Source: a virus
Lineage: Duplodnaviria > Caudoviricetes
Direction: 5' to 3' (one strand)
Length of the DNA stretch: 64,000 nucleotides
IMG/VR virus record: IMGVR_UViG_3300035510_000283
Span: 2,544-66,543 of that record
Of the stretch, positions 1 to 8,621 are shown piece by piece (within the stretch, counting starts at the first letter, position 1; every line of letters starts with the position of its first letter). A program made the position numbers and the translations under genes. The notes beneath the pieces were generated by a model that was not told the origin of the DNA, made no database searches, and worked only from the letters and a program-made list of their open reading frames with translations.

Positions 1-1
1 C

Positions 2-841
2 GTGATAATGGGGCGCATAGTGATGATTGCTTTCACGCAAGGCATCTCCGCTGCTGTCCGTGCCATGCAGCTGCTCAATGCCACATCAAAGATGAACCCC
101 TTTGCCTTGCTCCTCACTGCCGTATCTGCTTTGGTGGTTGCTATTCGTACGCTTGCTGACCGTACTTCCGAATATCAAAAGAAACTCAAAGAAGCTGTTC
201 ACTCTGCCACGCTGTTCAACAAGGAGTTGCGCAAGGAGATGAACAACCTCGATACTCTGTTCGGCAAGCTCGAAGCCGCCAAGAAGGGCACAAAGGAATA
301 TGAAAGCGTGAAAGAAGAAATCATCAACCAGTATGGCAAATACCTCAATGGCCTTATCAACGAGCGCAAGGAGATCGTAAATCTTGAAAAGGCTTACAAA
401 CGCCTTGCCGCCGCTGCTCGCATCGCAGCGAAAGAACGAGCCATTGAGTCGTCTCGCCAAACTGTTCAGGATACGTTTGACGAAAATATGGGCGACCTCG
501 CCAAGCAACTTCAACAGTCGCTACTCGACTACGGCATGGAACTGAAAGATGCCGTGAAATATACAAACCGTGTGCTTATCGGCTTGCAAACCGAGGGCAC
601 TATCGACCCGGCAACGGTCAATGCTCTGCAATCTATCAAAGGCAGCTATCAAGACGAGTGGGGATGGACTAAGCATCCGGTCAATCTCGTAAATAAAATG
701 TGCGAGGCGTACTCAGAATTTCGTGTCGCCATGAACGAGATTGAGTCTATCGAGGATGAAGTCAATTACTTTTGCATTGAGTTTCCATGCCGGAGTGAAA
801 TCAATCTTCACATAGCCGCGAGTCACTTTCATACCGTGTGA
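2..841 (+). pseudogene. Tail tape-measure-like fragment of an older element; 5' end outside the window, 3' end truncated
   Basis: Hydrophobic NPFALLLTAVSALVVAI segment followed by a helical coiled-coil tract typical of Bacteroidales tape measure proteins. The last ~27 codons are the antisense of the neighbouring integrase (overlap 713-841). Confidence 0.55.
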
Positions 842-1954
842 GTGGTTCAAACCAAAAGCAACTTCATAAAGATTGGCATCACAGTCGTTCTGCGCAATCG
901 TAGCCCATGTGTGGCGGAACGAATAGCAAGAGTATTGCTCCTTCTTTGGGATGCCCATATCCGTGCATATTTTCTTGATGCCGCTGTTGGCGTTAGAGCA
1001 GAGGCTGTCGTGGTCGCAGTAGCGCTGATAGAACGTCAAAAGGTATTCGCTATCGGTTTTGTCAAGGTACTTTTCAAAAATCGGTTTGATGAAAGGCTCA
1101 ACCCTAATTTCAAAGTACGCTTCATCGCTGCGAGAGTGCCGAGTTTTTGAACGCTTGTAGCAGATTATGCCGTTGCGATAGTTTTCTTTCTTCAAGTTGT
1201 ACAAGTCAACGGTATTCATGCCGCCAAGGCATAGAATCAGCATCGCCACGTCACGCCCCAACTCGGGCAGCGAAGAAATCATCTTTGTCTGCGGCAGCGG
1301 ACGATTGAAGAACAATCGGCATTCCTCGGCACTGATTGCCTTCTTCTCCGAAGTGTCGCACTTCGGTATTTGCACCTTGCTCCAAGGATTGAATTTAATC
1401 CTCATGATGTCGCGTTCCTCATCGTTGAGGTCAATCATTGCCTTCTTGAACATTTGACGAACGCAGATTGAATACTGCTCCTTTGCGCGTCGGGTGTACG
1501 ACAAGCTCTTAATCCATCCGTTGAGCGCAGCCGATGTGAGCTGTGAGAAGACGATTTTGTTTGTGCCGAGATAACGTTCCAAGTTCTCGAGCGCAAGCTT
1601 ATAGGTCTTCGCGTTGCGTTCATGCCCGGTGTTAATCATGTTGCGGATGTGCTGGCGCGCATAGTCGCTGTACGAAGCTTCGGCTTGCGCGTCTGTGAGA
1701 AGCTCGATAACTTCCGGCACGCTCATGTTCGTGATGTCGTGTCGGTTGATGATGTCGGTGTAGCGAAGGATTAGAGATGAACAATAATCGTTCACTACCG
1801 GGTCAATGATGTCACCGCTTTTAGTTATTTGCTTCGGCGAAACGATTTTGTTGGTCTTGATATAGCCCATACGCATTTGGTGACCAATTCGGATGTAAAC
1901 GGGATAGAGCCCGTCATTTCGTTGTTTTCTAACAACTGCTTTGAGTGTTGCCAT
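713..1954 (-). CDS. int: Tyrosine integrase of the older left-hand element (int1), lacking the C-terminal extension seen in int2
   Basis: N-terminal MATLKAVVRK..YPVYIRI arm-binding domain, SAM-like core, and motifs CLGGMNTVDL, YSFRHTWAT, GLNHS, RGYVKIDF. Clear paralog of 61641-63128 but diverges right after VIDFI. Confidence 0.85.
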   Translation of the reverse strand: MATLKAVVRKQRNDGLYPVYIRIGHQMRMGYIKTNKIVSPKQITKSGDIIDPVVNDYCSSLILRYTDIINRHDITNMSVPEVIELLTDAQAEASYSDYARQHIRNMINTGHERNAKTYKLALENLERYLGTNKIVFSQLTSAALNGWIKSLSYTRRAKEQYSICVRQMFKKAMIDLNDEERDIMRIKFNPWSKVQIPKCDTSEKKAISAEECRLFFNRPLPQTKMISSLPELGRDVAMLILCLGGMNTVDLYNLKKENYRNGIICYKRSKTRHSRSDEAYFEIRVEPFIKPIFEKYLDKTDSEYLLTFYQRYCDHDSLCSNANSGIKKICTDMGIPKKEQYSCYSFRHTWATIAQNDCDANLYEVAFGLNHSHGMKVTRGYVKIDFTPAWKLNAKVIDFILDRLNLVHGDTKF

Positions 1955-2002
1955 GATGTAATTTTTGCATTAGTGGTTAAGAATCTGATTTTCAGTCTAA
2001 AT

Positions 2003-2071
2003 TTGGTGTATGTTTTGGTGTATGTTTGGTGTATGTTCCACTTTCTGCTTGGTGTATGTTTTGTGTATGTT
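2003..2071. repeat. Five (T)TGGTGTATGTT-type direct repeats upstream of int1; probable arm-type integrase sites
   Basis: Copies at about 2003, 2015, 2027, 2049 and 2061 (last one degenerate), between the int1 start and the att core. Confidence 0.6.
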
Positions 2072-2128
2072 TTTTACGTTCATACTACAAAAAGAGTGGG
2101 TAGAAATGAACGTACCACTTAAGAACAG

Positions 2129-2172
2129 TTTAGGCTGTAACACCCTTATTTTTCGGAGTGTTACAGCCTAAA
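2129..2172. repeat. Perfect 15-bp inverted repeat with 14-nt spacer next to the att core
   Basis: TTTAGGCTGTAACAC / GTGTTACAGCCTAAA; an analogous structure sits at 63321-63356. Confidence 0.8.
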
Positions 2173-2220
2173 TATGCTGTGATTCTATGTAAATCTAAGC
2201 AGGATTTTTAATCCTCTATA

Positions 2221-2234
2221 GCTGCCTGCGCCGC
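2221..2234. repeat. Left att core of the prophage (GCTGCCTGCGCCGC)
   Basis: Identical to 63397-63410 inside the ppdK 3' end. On the minus strand it continues as GCG GCG CAG GCA GCT ATA GAG GAT TAA, a replacement PpdK C-terminus (AAQAAIED*). Confidence 0.9.
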
Positions 2235-2518
2235 TAGGGGAGTAGGCGGTGGATTAACAAGTTACGTGTGTCTAGGAAATGGATTGTGGCTTTTATCGGG
2301 TTTTAGGGAAATGGTTGTTTTTGTTATCGAGTTTCGCTTGTGCGGGTGGTTGCTTCATCGCGTTTGGGGTGGGAGAGTGTGGGGTGAGGAGTGGTGGCGA
2401 TATTCTAAAATGTGCGAGAAGGGCATTTAAATCGTTTCTGAGCCACTTTGTGCTCTCGGATGATAGTTTGCTTGTCTGAGGGGTGAGTGAGCGAAATTAG
2501 GGGCATTTCTCGCGGTCG

Positions 2519-2932
2519 CTATTGTTGTTTCATTAGAATTTGGATTAAGCGTTCTTTGTCATTGAGCTGCGACTTGAGCTGCTCAATGGCTTGCTTGAGG
2601 TCATCCACGCGGGTGTTGGTATCGCAGTCGTGGATGCACATGCCGTTGTTGTTGATGTCGCGCCCTGCCGCCTGTCCGCTGTCGTGCGCCTCAACTTTGG
2701 ATTGAGGCGTAGCTTCACGTTGCTCACCAAGTATAAGCCAATTGGCATCAACACCAAGAACTTGTATAATCTTGGCAATCATATCAACGCTTGGTTTGCT
2801 CCTCCTTTGTTTTCCGAGGTAGTTAGACAATCCGGTAGGAGGTAAACCAATCGACTTGGCAAATGCAGCTTTATTGCCATTAAAACGCTCATTGATAAGC
2901 ATTTCCATTCTGTCGTTTATGGTTTCAATCAT
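2519..2932 (-). CDS. XRE/CI-like HTH repressor
   Basis: N-terminal HTH (KAAFAKSIGLPPTGLSNYL..PSVDMIAKI..LGVDANWL), divergent from the early operon; no S24 peptidase domain is visible. Confidence 0.8.
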   Translation of the reverse strand: MIETINDRMEMLINERFNGNKAAFAKSIGLPPTGLSNYLGKQRRSKPSVDMIAKIIQVLGVDANWLILGEQREATPQSKVEAHDSGQAAGRDINNNGMCIHDCDTNTRVDDLKQAIEQLKSQLNDKERLIQILMKQQ

Positions 2933-2982
2933 ATATCGAGTAGTTAAATAAGGTTAAATGACTAAACAAAATAATCAAATGG

Positions 2983-3014
2983 TTTGGAAAATGCTAACCG
3001 ATTGACTAACTTTG
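2983..3014 (+). promoter_or_regulatory. Bacteroidetes sigma-A promoter for the early rightward operon
   Basis: TTTG (2983-2986), a 20-nt spacer and TAACTTTG (3007-3014) match the TTTG-N19-21-TAnnTTTG consensus. Confidence 0.75.
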
Positions 3015-3053
3015 CACCATAAAGTTACACAAAAAAGCTCTAAATAACAAATT

Positions 3054-3251
3054 ATGGGATTAAGAAAATTAGAAATACAGACGCTGCCCGAGGTGCTTTC
3101 GAGCATCAGAGTAGGCGAAACGGTGATAGCCCCGGCACACCGTTCGCGCAACTCGATAAAGGCAGCTATGGCACGACTAATGGCGAAGACCGATATGGTG
3201 TTCACGTCCACCACAAGGACAGGCGAACTCACAATCACTCGCATCCGATAA
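3054..3251 (+). CDS. Small Cro-like or early DNA-binding protein (putative)
   Basis: First ORF after the early promoter, divergent from the repressor, 65 aa and basic. Confidence 0.5.
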   Translation: MGLRKLEIQTLPEVLSSIRVGETVIAPAHRSRNSIKAAMARLMAKTDMVFTSTTRTGELTITRIR

Positions 3252-3321
3252 TTGAGCGACTAACAAAAAGGCAATTTCAATCATCCAACAAAAGATACGA
3301 ACAAATTTAAAACCAAACATT

Positions 3322-3573
3322 ATGACGACAAAATCACTCCTTCACATTGCATGCCTGGCAGTTCTGGCAATAGCAGGATTTGTAGGCGTATTTTCAGAGC
3401 CGGTGGAAGATGCGGCTCTGGGCGAGTGGATGCTGACGTTGCTGTGGTCGAAAGCCGCAGGCGTTGGAGCATTCGTAGCTGCATGGTGGTTGTTCAAGCG
3501 CTGGTTACCCACCGACAAAGTGCTGCAAGCATTTGACCGCTCAGGGCAGCGTGGCCTTGAAAGAGACTTGTAA
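3322..3573 (+). CDS. Small membrane protein with two hydrophobic helices
   Basis: Two apolar segments (LLHIACLAVLAIAGFVGVF; LTLLWSKAAGVGAFVAAWWLF). Confidence 0.6.
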   Translation: MTTKSLLHIACLAVLAIAGFVGVFSEPVEDAALGEWMLTLLWSKAAGVGAFVAAWWLFKRWLPTDKVLQAFDRSGQRGLERDL

Positions 3574-3792
3574 CCGACGACAGTAACGCTCTTCTTCAAC
3601 AACACGCCGCCATGAAAGAATTCAGATACAAAGTGATGCCTGCGCGCCCCATGGCAACCCCCGGCACTTACGCTTGGGCGAGCACACTGCAACAGGCATA
3701 CCAACAGAAGATGCTGCTTGAAGCTCTCACCGCAGAGGCATGGCACATCTGCATGCAAAACATAGAAAAGAACTAATAACGCTAAAAACAAG

Positions 3793-4053
3793 ATGCAAAT
3801 ACAATTCGCAGACAAGACAGTCACCTACGACAGATTTTTACTTGACGTTGCCGACGCCGTTGTGCGGCTGATGGATTTACGCAAGAACGGCGAGTTTATC
3901 TGTCAGAATGAGGCCTTTCGCCGCTTTGGCCGTGCCAACGTTGAGCGCTGGCGCAGAGAGGGCAAGGTTGAGGTGTTTGTCCGTCCCAAGAAGATTGAGT
4001 ATCGCCTGGAGGAGCTGCTGCGGATGCAAAGTAAGTCGCAAGACTATTTTTAG
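3793..4053 (+). CDS. Excisionase-like (MerR/Xis-type HTH) protein
   Basis: FICQNEAFRRFGRANVERWRREG..IEYRLEEL pattern resembles Bacteroidales Xis-like proteins; early-operon position. Confidence 0.6.
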   Translation: MQIQFADKTVTYDRFLLDVADAVVRLMDLRKNGEFICQNEAFRRFGRANVERWRREGKVEVFVRPKKIEYRLEELLRMQSKSQDYF

Positions 4054-4202
4054 CGTACAAAGAAATAGAAATAGACGTAAACATAGGATTTTTTTTAAGG
4101 TAAGAAGATAATACAAGTATACAACCTCCATTGCAAGTTAAAAACAGATTTTCGATTTTTTAGGACGTCTTAGCCGCTGTGACAGCGGCGAAAGACGAAA
4201 CT

Positions 4203-4292
4203 GGGTGAATAGTTTAATGGTAGAACACCGGGCGGCTAAAAGAATGAACATGGGTTAGCCCGCAAATGTCGGTTCGAGTCCGACTTCACTCG
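4203..4292 (+). ncRNA. tRNA-like RNA 1 with expanded anticodon arm
   Basis: Acceptor GGGTGAA/TTCACTC, D-arm GTTTAATGGTAGAAC and T-arm GTCGG-TTCGAGT-CCGAC are canonical. The anticodon region is about 18 nt too long (GGCTAA/TTAGCC stem, 15-nt loop). Confidence 0.7.
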
Positions 4293-4536
4293 CGTAGTTA
4301 GTATAGGCTTTTTGCCTTCCATGTTTAGGGTAATGTCCGGCACTCACAGAGGTGAGGTCGGATGCCTAAACCGGAAACTGAGACGAATATATATAGTTAT
4401 ATACCCCTATACGGTTAATAAAACAATGTGAAAGAATTTCCAATCCGTAATTCGCGCGGAGAAAGAAGTTTCATGCGTACTACTCCACCGTCGCGATGAC
4501 GTTGCTGAGTGGAGGCCCTGTTCGAGCAGGGCATTT

Positions 4537-4609
4537 GACGACACAGCATGAGTGGGTTCATGCGCGGCGCTCCCCCCGCCGAGATGAGGTTCGACTCCTT
4601 ATGTCGTCG
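4537..4609 (+). tRNA. tRNA with CCC (Gly) anticodon but non-Gly acceptor identity
   Basis: Acceptor GACGACA/TGTCGTC, D stem GCATGA/TCATGC, anticodon stem CGGCG/CGCCG with loop CTCCCCC, and T-arm TGAGG-TTCGACT-CCTTA. Followed by G-CAA. Confidence 0.65.
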
Positions 4610-4757
4610 CAAGTGTCTATGGTAATAAGACATAAGTACGGACATAATCTGCAGACGCCGTCGCGATGACGTTAGCTCTGCGGTAAATCAGTTAAACAAC
4701 GCATTTCTGATTTAAGAGATATGTGCATAATGACAGGCGCTCAGAGGAGCGCCATTT

Positions 4758-4817
4758 GGAGGTGAGACGGCAACACTGGTGTGCCACCACCACTTGGTTC
4801 GAGTCCAAGCACCTCCA
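4758..4817 (+). ncRNA. tRNA-like RNA 3, short (60 nt) with only one internal hairpin
   Basis: Perfect acceptor GGAGGTG/CACCTCC plus A, and T-arm CTTGG-TTCGAGT-CCAAG. Only 28 nt lie between them. Confidence 0.6.
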
Positions 4818-4987
4818 CCTAGTGTTAAAAGTTTTGTTTCAATAGTATTTTACGTATAAGCAAACCAAATCATTATCGAGTTCGTATACCCCCAGGCAAG
4901 AAGGAGTATATGCATGGATACAGGAGAGGTTGGTGCGTGAGCATAGGCTTTTCTAGCACCGATGCCGCAAGGTGTCGGTGTTTATTA

Positions 4988-5068
4988 GGAGGAAGGCACA
5001 ACAAGATGGGTGCAATTTTTGAGATTGGTTTACTTCTAACAACACGGGTTCGACTCCCGCTTCCTCCA
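4988..5068 (+). ncRNA. tRNA-like RNA 4 with degenerate anticodon arm
   Basis: Acceptor GGAGGAA/TTCCTCC, D stem GCAC/GTGC and T-arm CGGG-TTCGACT-CCCG. The anticodon stem is weak (possible TTG). Followed by A-CAA. Confidence 0.55.
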
Positions 5069-5104
5069 CAACGGTGCCAGATGTTGCCGTGATTGAAAAT
5101 GCCC

Positions 5105-5142
5105 GGTTCTCACCGGGGTAACACTCGGTGAGAACCTTTTTT
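5105..5142 (+). terminator. Intrinsic terminator closing the ncRNA cluster
   Basis: 11-bp stem GGTTCTCACCG/CGGTGAGAACC followed by T6. Confidence 0.8.
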
Positions 5143-5214
5143 CACTCACGCTAGGCAAGGCAGCTCTGCCACACATGAATAAACATATTTGTAAAACTTT
5201 AAAAATTTTCAATC

Positions 5215-6357
5215 ATGAGTAACAATCAAAACACTCAACCCACTCAAGTGCAGACAGCACAGCCGCAAGCACAAGCAGCTGTAGCACAACAACCCAAACA
5301 ACAAACTCGCACAGTGCAGTCACTGATGCAGTCACCCAACATCAAGAACAAGGTGCTCTCTCTGCTTGGCAGTGAGAAAGTAGCTGCCGGCTTTATAAGC
5401 TCGGTGGTGTCGGTGGCAAATGGTAACCCCCAGCTCAAACATGCCGATCCGATGACCGTTGTCGGCGCTGCCATGGTGGCTGCAACATTGCAACTGCCCA
5501 TCGTCCCGACAATCGGCCTTGCATACATTGTGCCCTACAAAGATAAAGCCAAGGGCGGTGTGATGCAAGCACAGTTCCAAATCTCGTATAAAGGCCTCAT
5601 TGAGCTTGCTGAACGTTCAGGTCAGTTCAAAAACATCATTGACGAGGTGGTGTATGAAGGTCAGCTGGTCAAGAAAAACAAGTTCACCGGTGACTACGTG
5701 TTCAACGAAGACGGTAAAAAGTCGGACAAGGTGATTGGCTACATGGCTCGCTTTGACCTTATCAACGGCTTCTCTAAAACAATATACTGGACTAAGGAGG
5801 AGGTTGACGCTCACGCCCGCAAGTTTAGCCAAGCTTTCCGCAGTGGCTTTAACTGCCCGTGGAAGACAGACTATGATGCAATGGCACGTAAGACAGTGCT
5901 CAAAGCATTGTTCTCAAAGTATGCGCCCAAGAGCATACAGATGCAGTCAGCAGTGCAATATGACCAAGCTATTGTACGTGCCAATGATGATATTGAGCAG
6001 AGCGATGTTGTTGACGTGGCATACTTCGACACTGAATATACTGACAACCCCGAGGCTGATGCACAAGCCTCTGACAATGCCGCAGAGCAAGACGGCACTG
6101 CCGTGGGTGAGGATGGCACTGCAACAGAGCAGCAGCGCCCCACAACGGCAACTGTCAGCAAGATACTTGCTGCCCGCCGTGCCGCTCGTGCTGCTGAGGG
6201 CACTGACAACCCCGAGGATATGAAAGAGCGTATGCGCAAACAAGTCAACGATGCCGCTGCAGCTGCCGCACAGGGTGGTGGTGATGCTGCTGCAGCACAG
6301 GCACAGACACAGACTTCTGCACAGAGTAATAATCTTCCTTTTGATTTGCCGTCATGA
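5215..6357 (+). CDS. recT: RecT-family single-strand annealing protein
   Basis: AAMVAATLQLPIVPTIGLAYIVPY..AQFQISYKGLIELAERSGQ..W...YDAMARKTVLK RecT signature, plus a long low-complexity C-terminal tail. Confidence 0.9.
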   Translation: MSNNQNTQPTQVQTAQPQAQAAVAQQPKQQTRTVQSLMQSPNIKNKVLSLLGSEKVAAGFISSVVSVANGNPQLKHADPMTVVGAAMVAATLQLPIVPTIGLAYIVPYKDKAKGGVMQAQFQISYKGLIELAERSGQFKNIIDEVVYEGQLVKKNKFTGDYVFNEDGKKSDKVIGYMARFDLINGFSKTIYWTKEEVDAHARKFSQAFRSGFNCPWKTDYDAMARKTVLKALFSKYAPKSIQMQSAVQYDQAIVRANDDIEQSDVVDVAYFDTEYTDNPEADAQASDNAAEQDGTAVGEDGTATEQQRPTTATVSKILAARRAARAAEGTDNPEDMKERMRKQVNDAAAAAAQGGGDAAAAQAQTQTSAQSNNLPFDLPS

Positions 6358-8435
6358 AAGAACCCTCAGTATATAAAAGCTTTAGCGAAGATGCGGTTGA
6401 AGAGCTGCTGTCAAACTTCCTTGTTGACAGTTGGAGCTACAGCTCTGTTACCTGCTTCTCACGCAACGAAAAAGACTTTGAGCGTCGCTATGTGTATCGC
6501 GAGCCTTATCGTCAGTCGCCCACAGCGGTTGCCGGCACAGCATATCACGCTGCACTCAAAGCATATTTCGAGGCTCTGCGCGACGGCGAGGAGTTGTCAA
6601 TCGCCGAGATGCAGAGAGCAGCCTACGCTATCATTGATGAGGTTGATGCAAATGCCTGGAAGCTCCTCAAAAAAACTCCCACAGTCGAGGTATGTATTGC
6701 CACGGCAACAAAGACGTGCGAGACACTGATTGAGAACTTCTACAAGGAACGTGACATCTACACCGGCGACATTGCAAATGTGCTTGCCGTTGAAGAACGC
6801 TTTGTTGATTGGCTGGTGGTGAATGGTGTTGACATACCTCTGCCGTGCCACATGATAATTGACCTTGTTGTTGAGACTAAGGACGGACGCCGCGTTATCA
6901 TTGACCACAAGTCAAAGTCGGCATATTCAGACGATGCCGAACTTGGTTTCACCGGTGCTAAACAATCTATCGTGTATGTGCTGGGGTGGGAAAACCAATA
7001 TCCCGACAAGCCAATAGATGAGGTGTGGTTCATTGAAAACAAAAGTTCAATGAATAAGGATAGGTCGCCGCAACTGCGCCGCTACACTATCACCCTTGAC
7101 GATGATACCCGCCGATTGTATGAGGCGTTGCTGTATGAGCCGCTGCGTCGCATGCTGCAAGCTACCTCTGACCCTGACTATGTTTATATGATAAATGACA
7201 GCGACACTCTTGCCGATCGTGCCGAGTTGTATGACTTTTGGGCACGTACAATCATCGCTGACATTGACGAATTTAATATTCCTGAAAGCAAAAAAGCGCT
7301 TATCTCTCGCCGTCAAAAGAAGATGCACGATGCTTCGACGGCTGCAATATCACCCAAAGTTATCACTTCATTCCGCAAAAATGCGGCCAACTTCATTTCA
7401 TACGAACTTAGAGACGACATGACACCTTCTGAGAAAATCGAACATATACTGCGCTCCTTCGGCATTATGGCTCGCGTGGCCAAAGTGTTCGGCGCTTATT
7501 CATCAACTTCATACCTGCTTGAAATTGGTGCCGGTGTGAAAATAGCAAGCATTGCTTCTCACGCCCTTGACATTGCCAATGTGATTGACGTGCCCGGTGT
7601 GCGTGTGCTGCCACAGCTCACCATGTATGAGGATAAATCATACCTCTGTATCGAAGCTCCGCAACGCTCAAATGAAACGCTCTTTTGGGATAGAAAATAC
7701 CTTGAGGGTGGTCGCATACCTCTTGGCCTCAACAACTTCTCGCAGACAGTTGTGTGGGACACTGACAATAACTCTACACCGCACGTGCTTATCTGCGGCG
7801 CAACAGGCTCGGGCAAGAGCGTGTGCATACGCTCAACCATTGAGTATGCTCGCCTTGCTAACTTTGAACGTGTCATTGTGTTTGACCCCAAGTTTGAGTT
7901 CGTTGGCCTCAACGGATGCGAGGTTATAAATGACATCTCCGATATTGAGCAGCGTCTCAAAACTCTAGTTGACGAAATGCAAGCTCGCGCCAAGAGTGGT
8001 GAGCGTGGCAAAACACTCATTATCTTCGATGAGTTTGCCGATGCCGTGTCGTCAGCACGTTCGGGTAAGGAGCTTGACATCAGAGAGACGGTGGTTATCG
8101 GCAGGTACAAAAACGGCCTCGACAAAGTTGAGACGCGAGTTGTAGGCCGCGAAAAGTCGCTTGAGGAAAACCTCAAGATGCTGTTGCAGAAAGGTCGCTC
8201 ACTTGGCTATCGCATTGTTGCCGCCACACAACGTGCATCAACAAAAGTGATTACAGGCGATGCCAAGGTCAACTTCCCCGTTCAAATCTGTTTCCGTGTT
8301 CCCAAGGCTGTTGACTCAAAGGTGGTGCTCGACGAAGAAGGCGCAGAGGTGCTGTCGGGCAAAGGTGACGGACTGTTAAAGTCTCCCGAATACTTCGGTG
8401 TTGTTCGCTTCCAAGGCTTCTTTTATAAATCTTAA
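6354..8435 (+). CDS. PD-(D/E)XK nuclease fused to an FtsK/SpoIIIE-type ATPase motor
   Basis: N-terminal SWSYSS..AGTAYH..IIDLVVE..IIDHKS nuclease. C-terminal PHVLICGATGSGKS (Walker A), LIIFDEFAD (Walker B) and IVAATQRAS..IKVN-like motifs. Start overlaps the recT stop (ATGA). Confidence 0.8.
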   Translation: MKEPSVYKSFSEDAVEELLSNFLVDSWSYSSVTCFSRNEKDFERRYVYREPYRQSPTAVAGTAYHAALKAYFEALRDGEELSIAEMQRAAYAIIDEVDANAWKLLKKTPTVEVCIATATKTCETLIENFYKERDIYTGDIANVLAVEERFVDWLVVNGVDIPLPCHMIIDLVVETKDGRRVIIDHKSKSAYSDDAELGFTGAKQSIVYVLGWENQYPDKPIDEVWFIENKSSMNKDRSPQLRRYTITLDDDTRRLYEALLYEPLRRMLQATSDPDYVYMINDSDTLADRAELYDFWARTIIADIDEFNIPESKKALISRRQKKMHDASTAAISPKVITSFRKNAANFISYELRDDMTPSEKIEHILRSFGIMARVAKVFGAYSSTSYLLEIGAGVKIASIASHALDIANVIDVPGVRVLPQLTMYEDKSYLCIEAPQRSNETLFWDRKYLEGGRIPLGLNNFSQTVVWDTDNNSTPHVLICGATGSGKSVCIRSTIEYARLANFERVIVFDPKFEFVGLNGCEVINDISDIEQRLKTLVDEMQARAKSGERGKTLIIFDEFADAVSSARSGKELDIRETVVIGRYKNGLDKVETRVVGREKSLEENLKMLLQKGRSLGYRIVAATQRASTKVITGDAKVNFPVQICFRVPKAVDSKVVLDEEGAEVLSGKGDGLLKSPEYFGVVRFQGFFYKS

Positions 8436-8447
8436 AGCCATGAAGTT

Positions 8448-8621
8448 ATGCGCGACACAATGCCCATTCCGGTTAAGGTCTCTGCTACAGACCTACGCAA
8501 GGCAATACAATACCTTGATGCCGCAGCGAAATTATACAGTGCACTGCCCGGGCAACAATGTGTATGCCGGGCTCACATGATAAACCAACTTACACAAAAA
8601 TTAAAAACAAAACTTAAATGA
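8448..8621 (+). CDS. Small hypothetical protein (57 aa, MRDTMPIPVKVS...), not in the ORF track
   Basis: Open frame filling the gap; its TGA overlaps the HU ATG. Confidence 0.45.
   Translation: MRDTMPIPVKVSATDLRKAIQYLDAAAKLYSALPGQQCVCRAHMINQLTQKLKTKLK

Noticed and set aside
713-1954. int1 as the integrase of the main prophage
   Set aside because: It lies outside the att core at 2221, has different arm-like repeats and is C-terminally truncated. int2 fits the att geometry.
2365-2400. G-rich tract near the left att as a G-quadruplex
   Set aside because: Only three runs of three or more G, and no other support.
3612-3779. Small ORF MKEFRYKVMP...
   Set aside because: Possibly real, but short with no recognisable feature, so it is not called.
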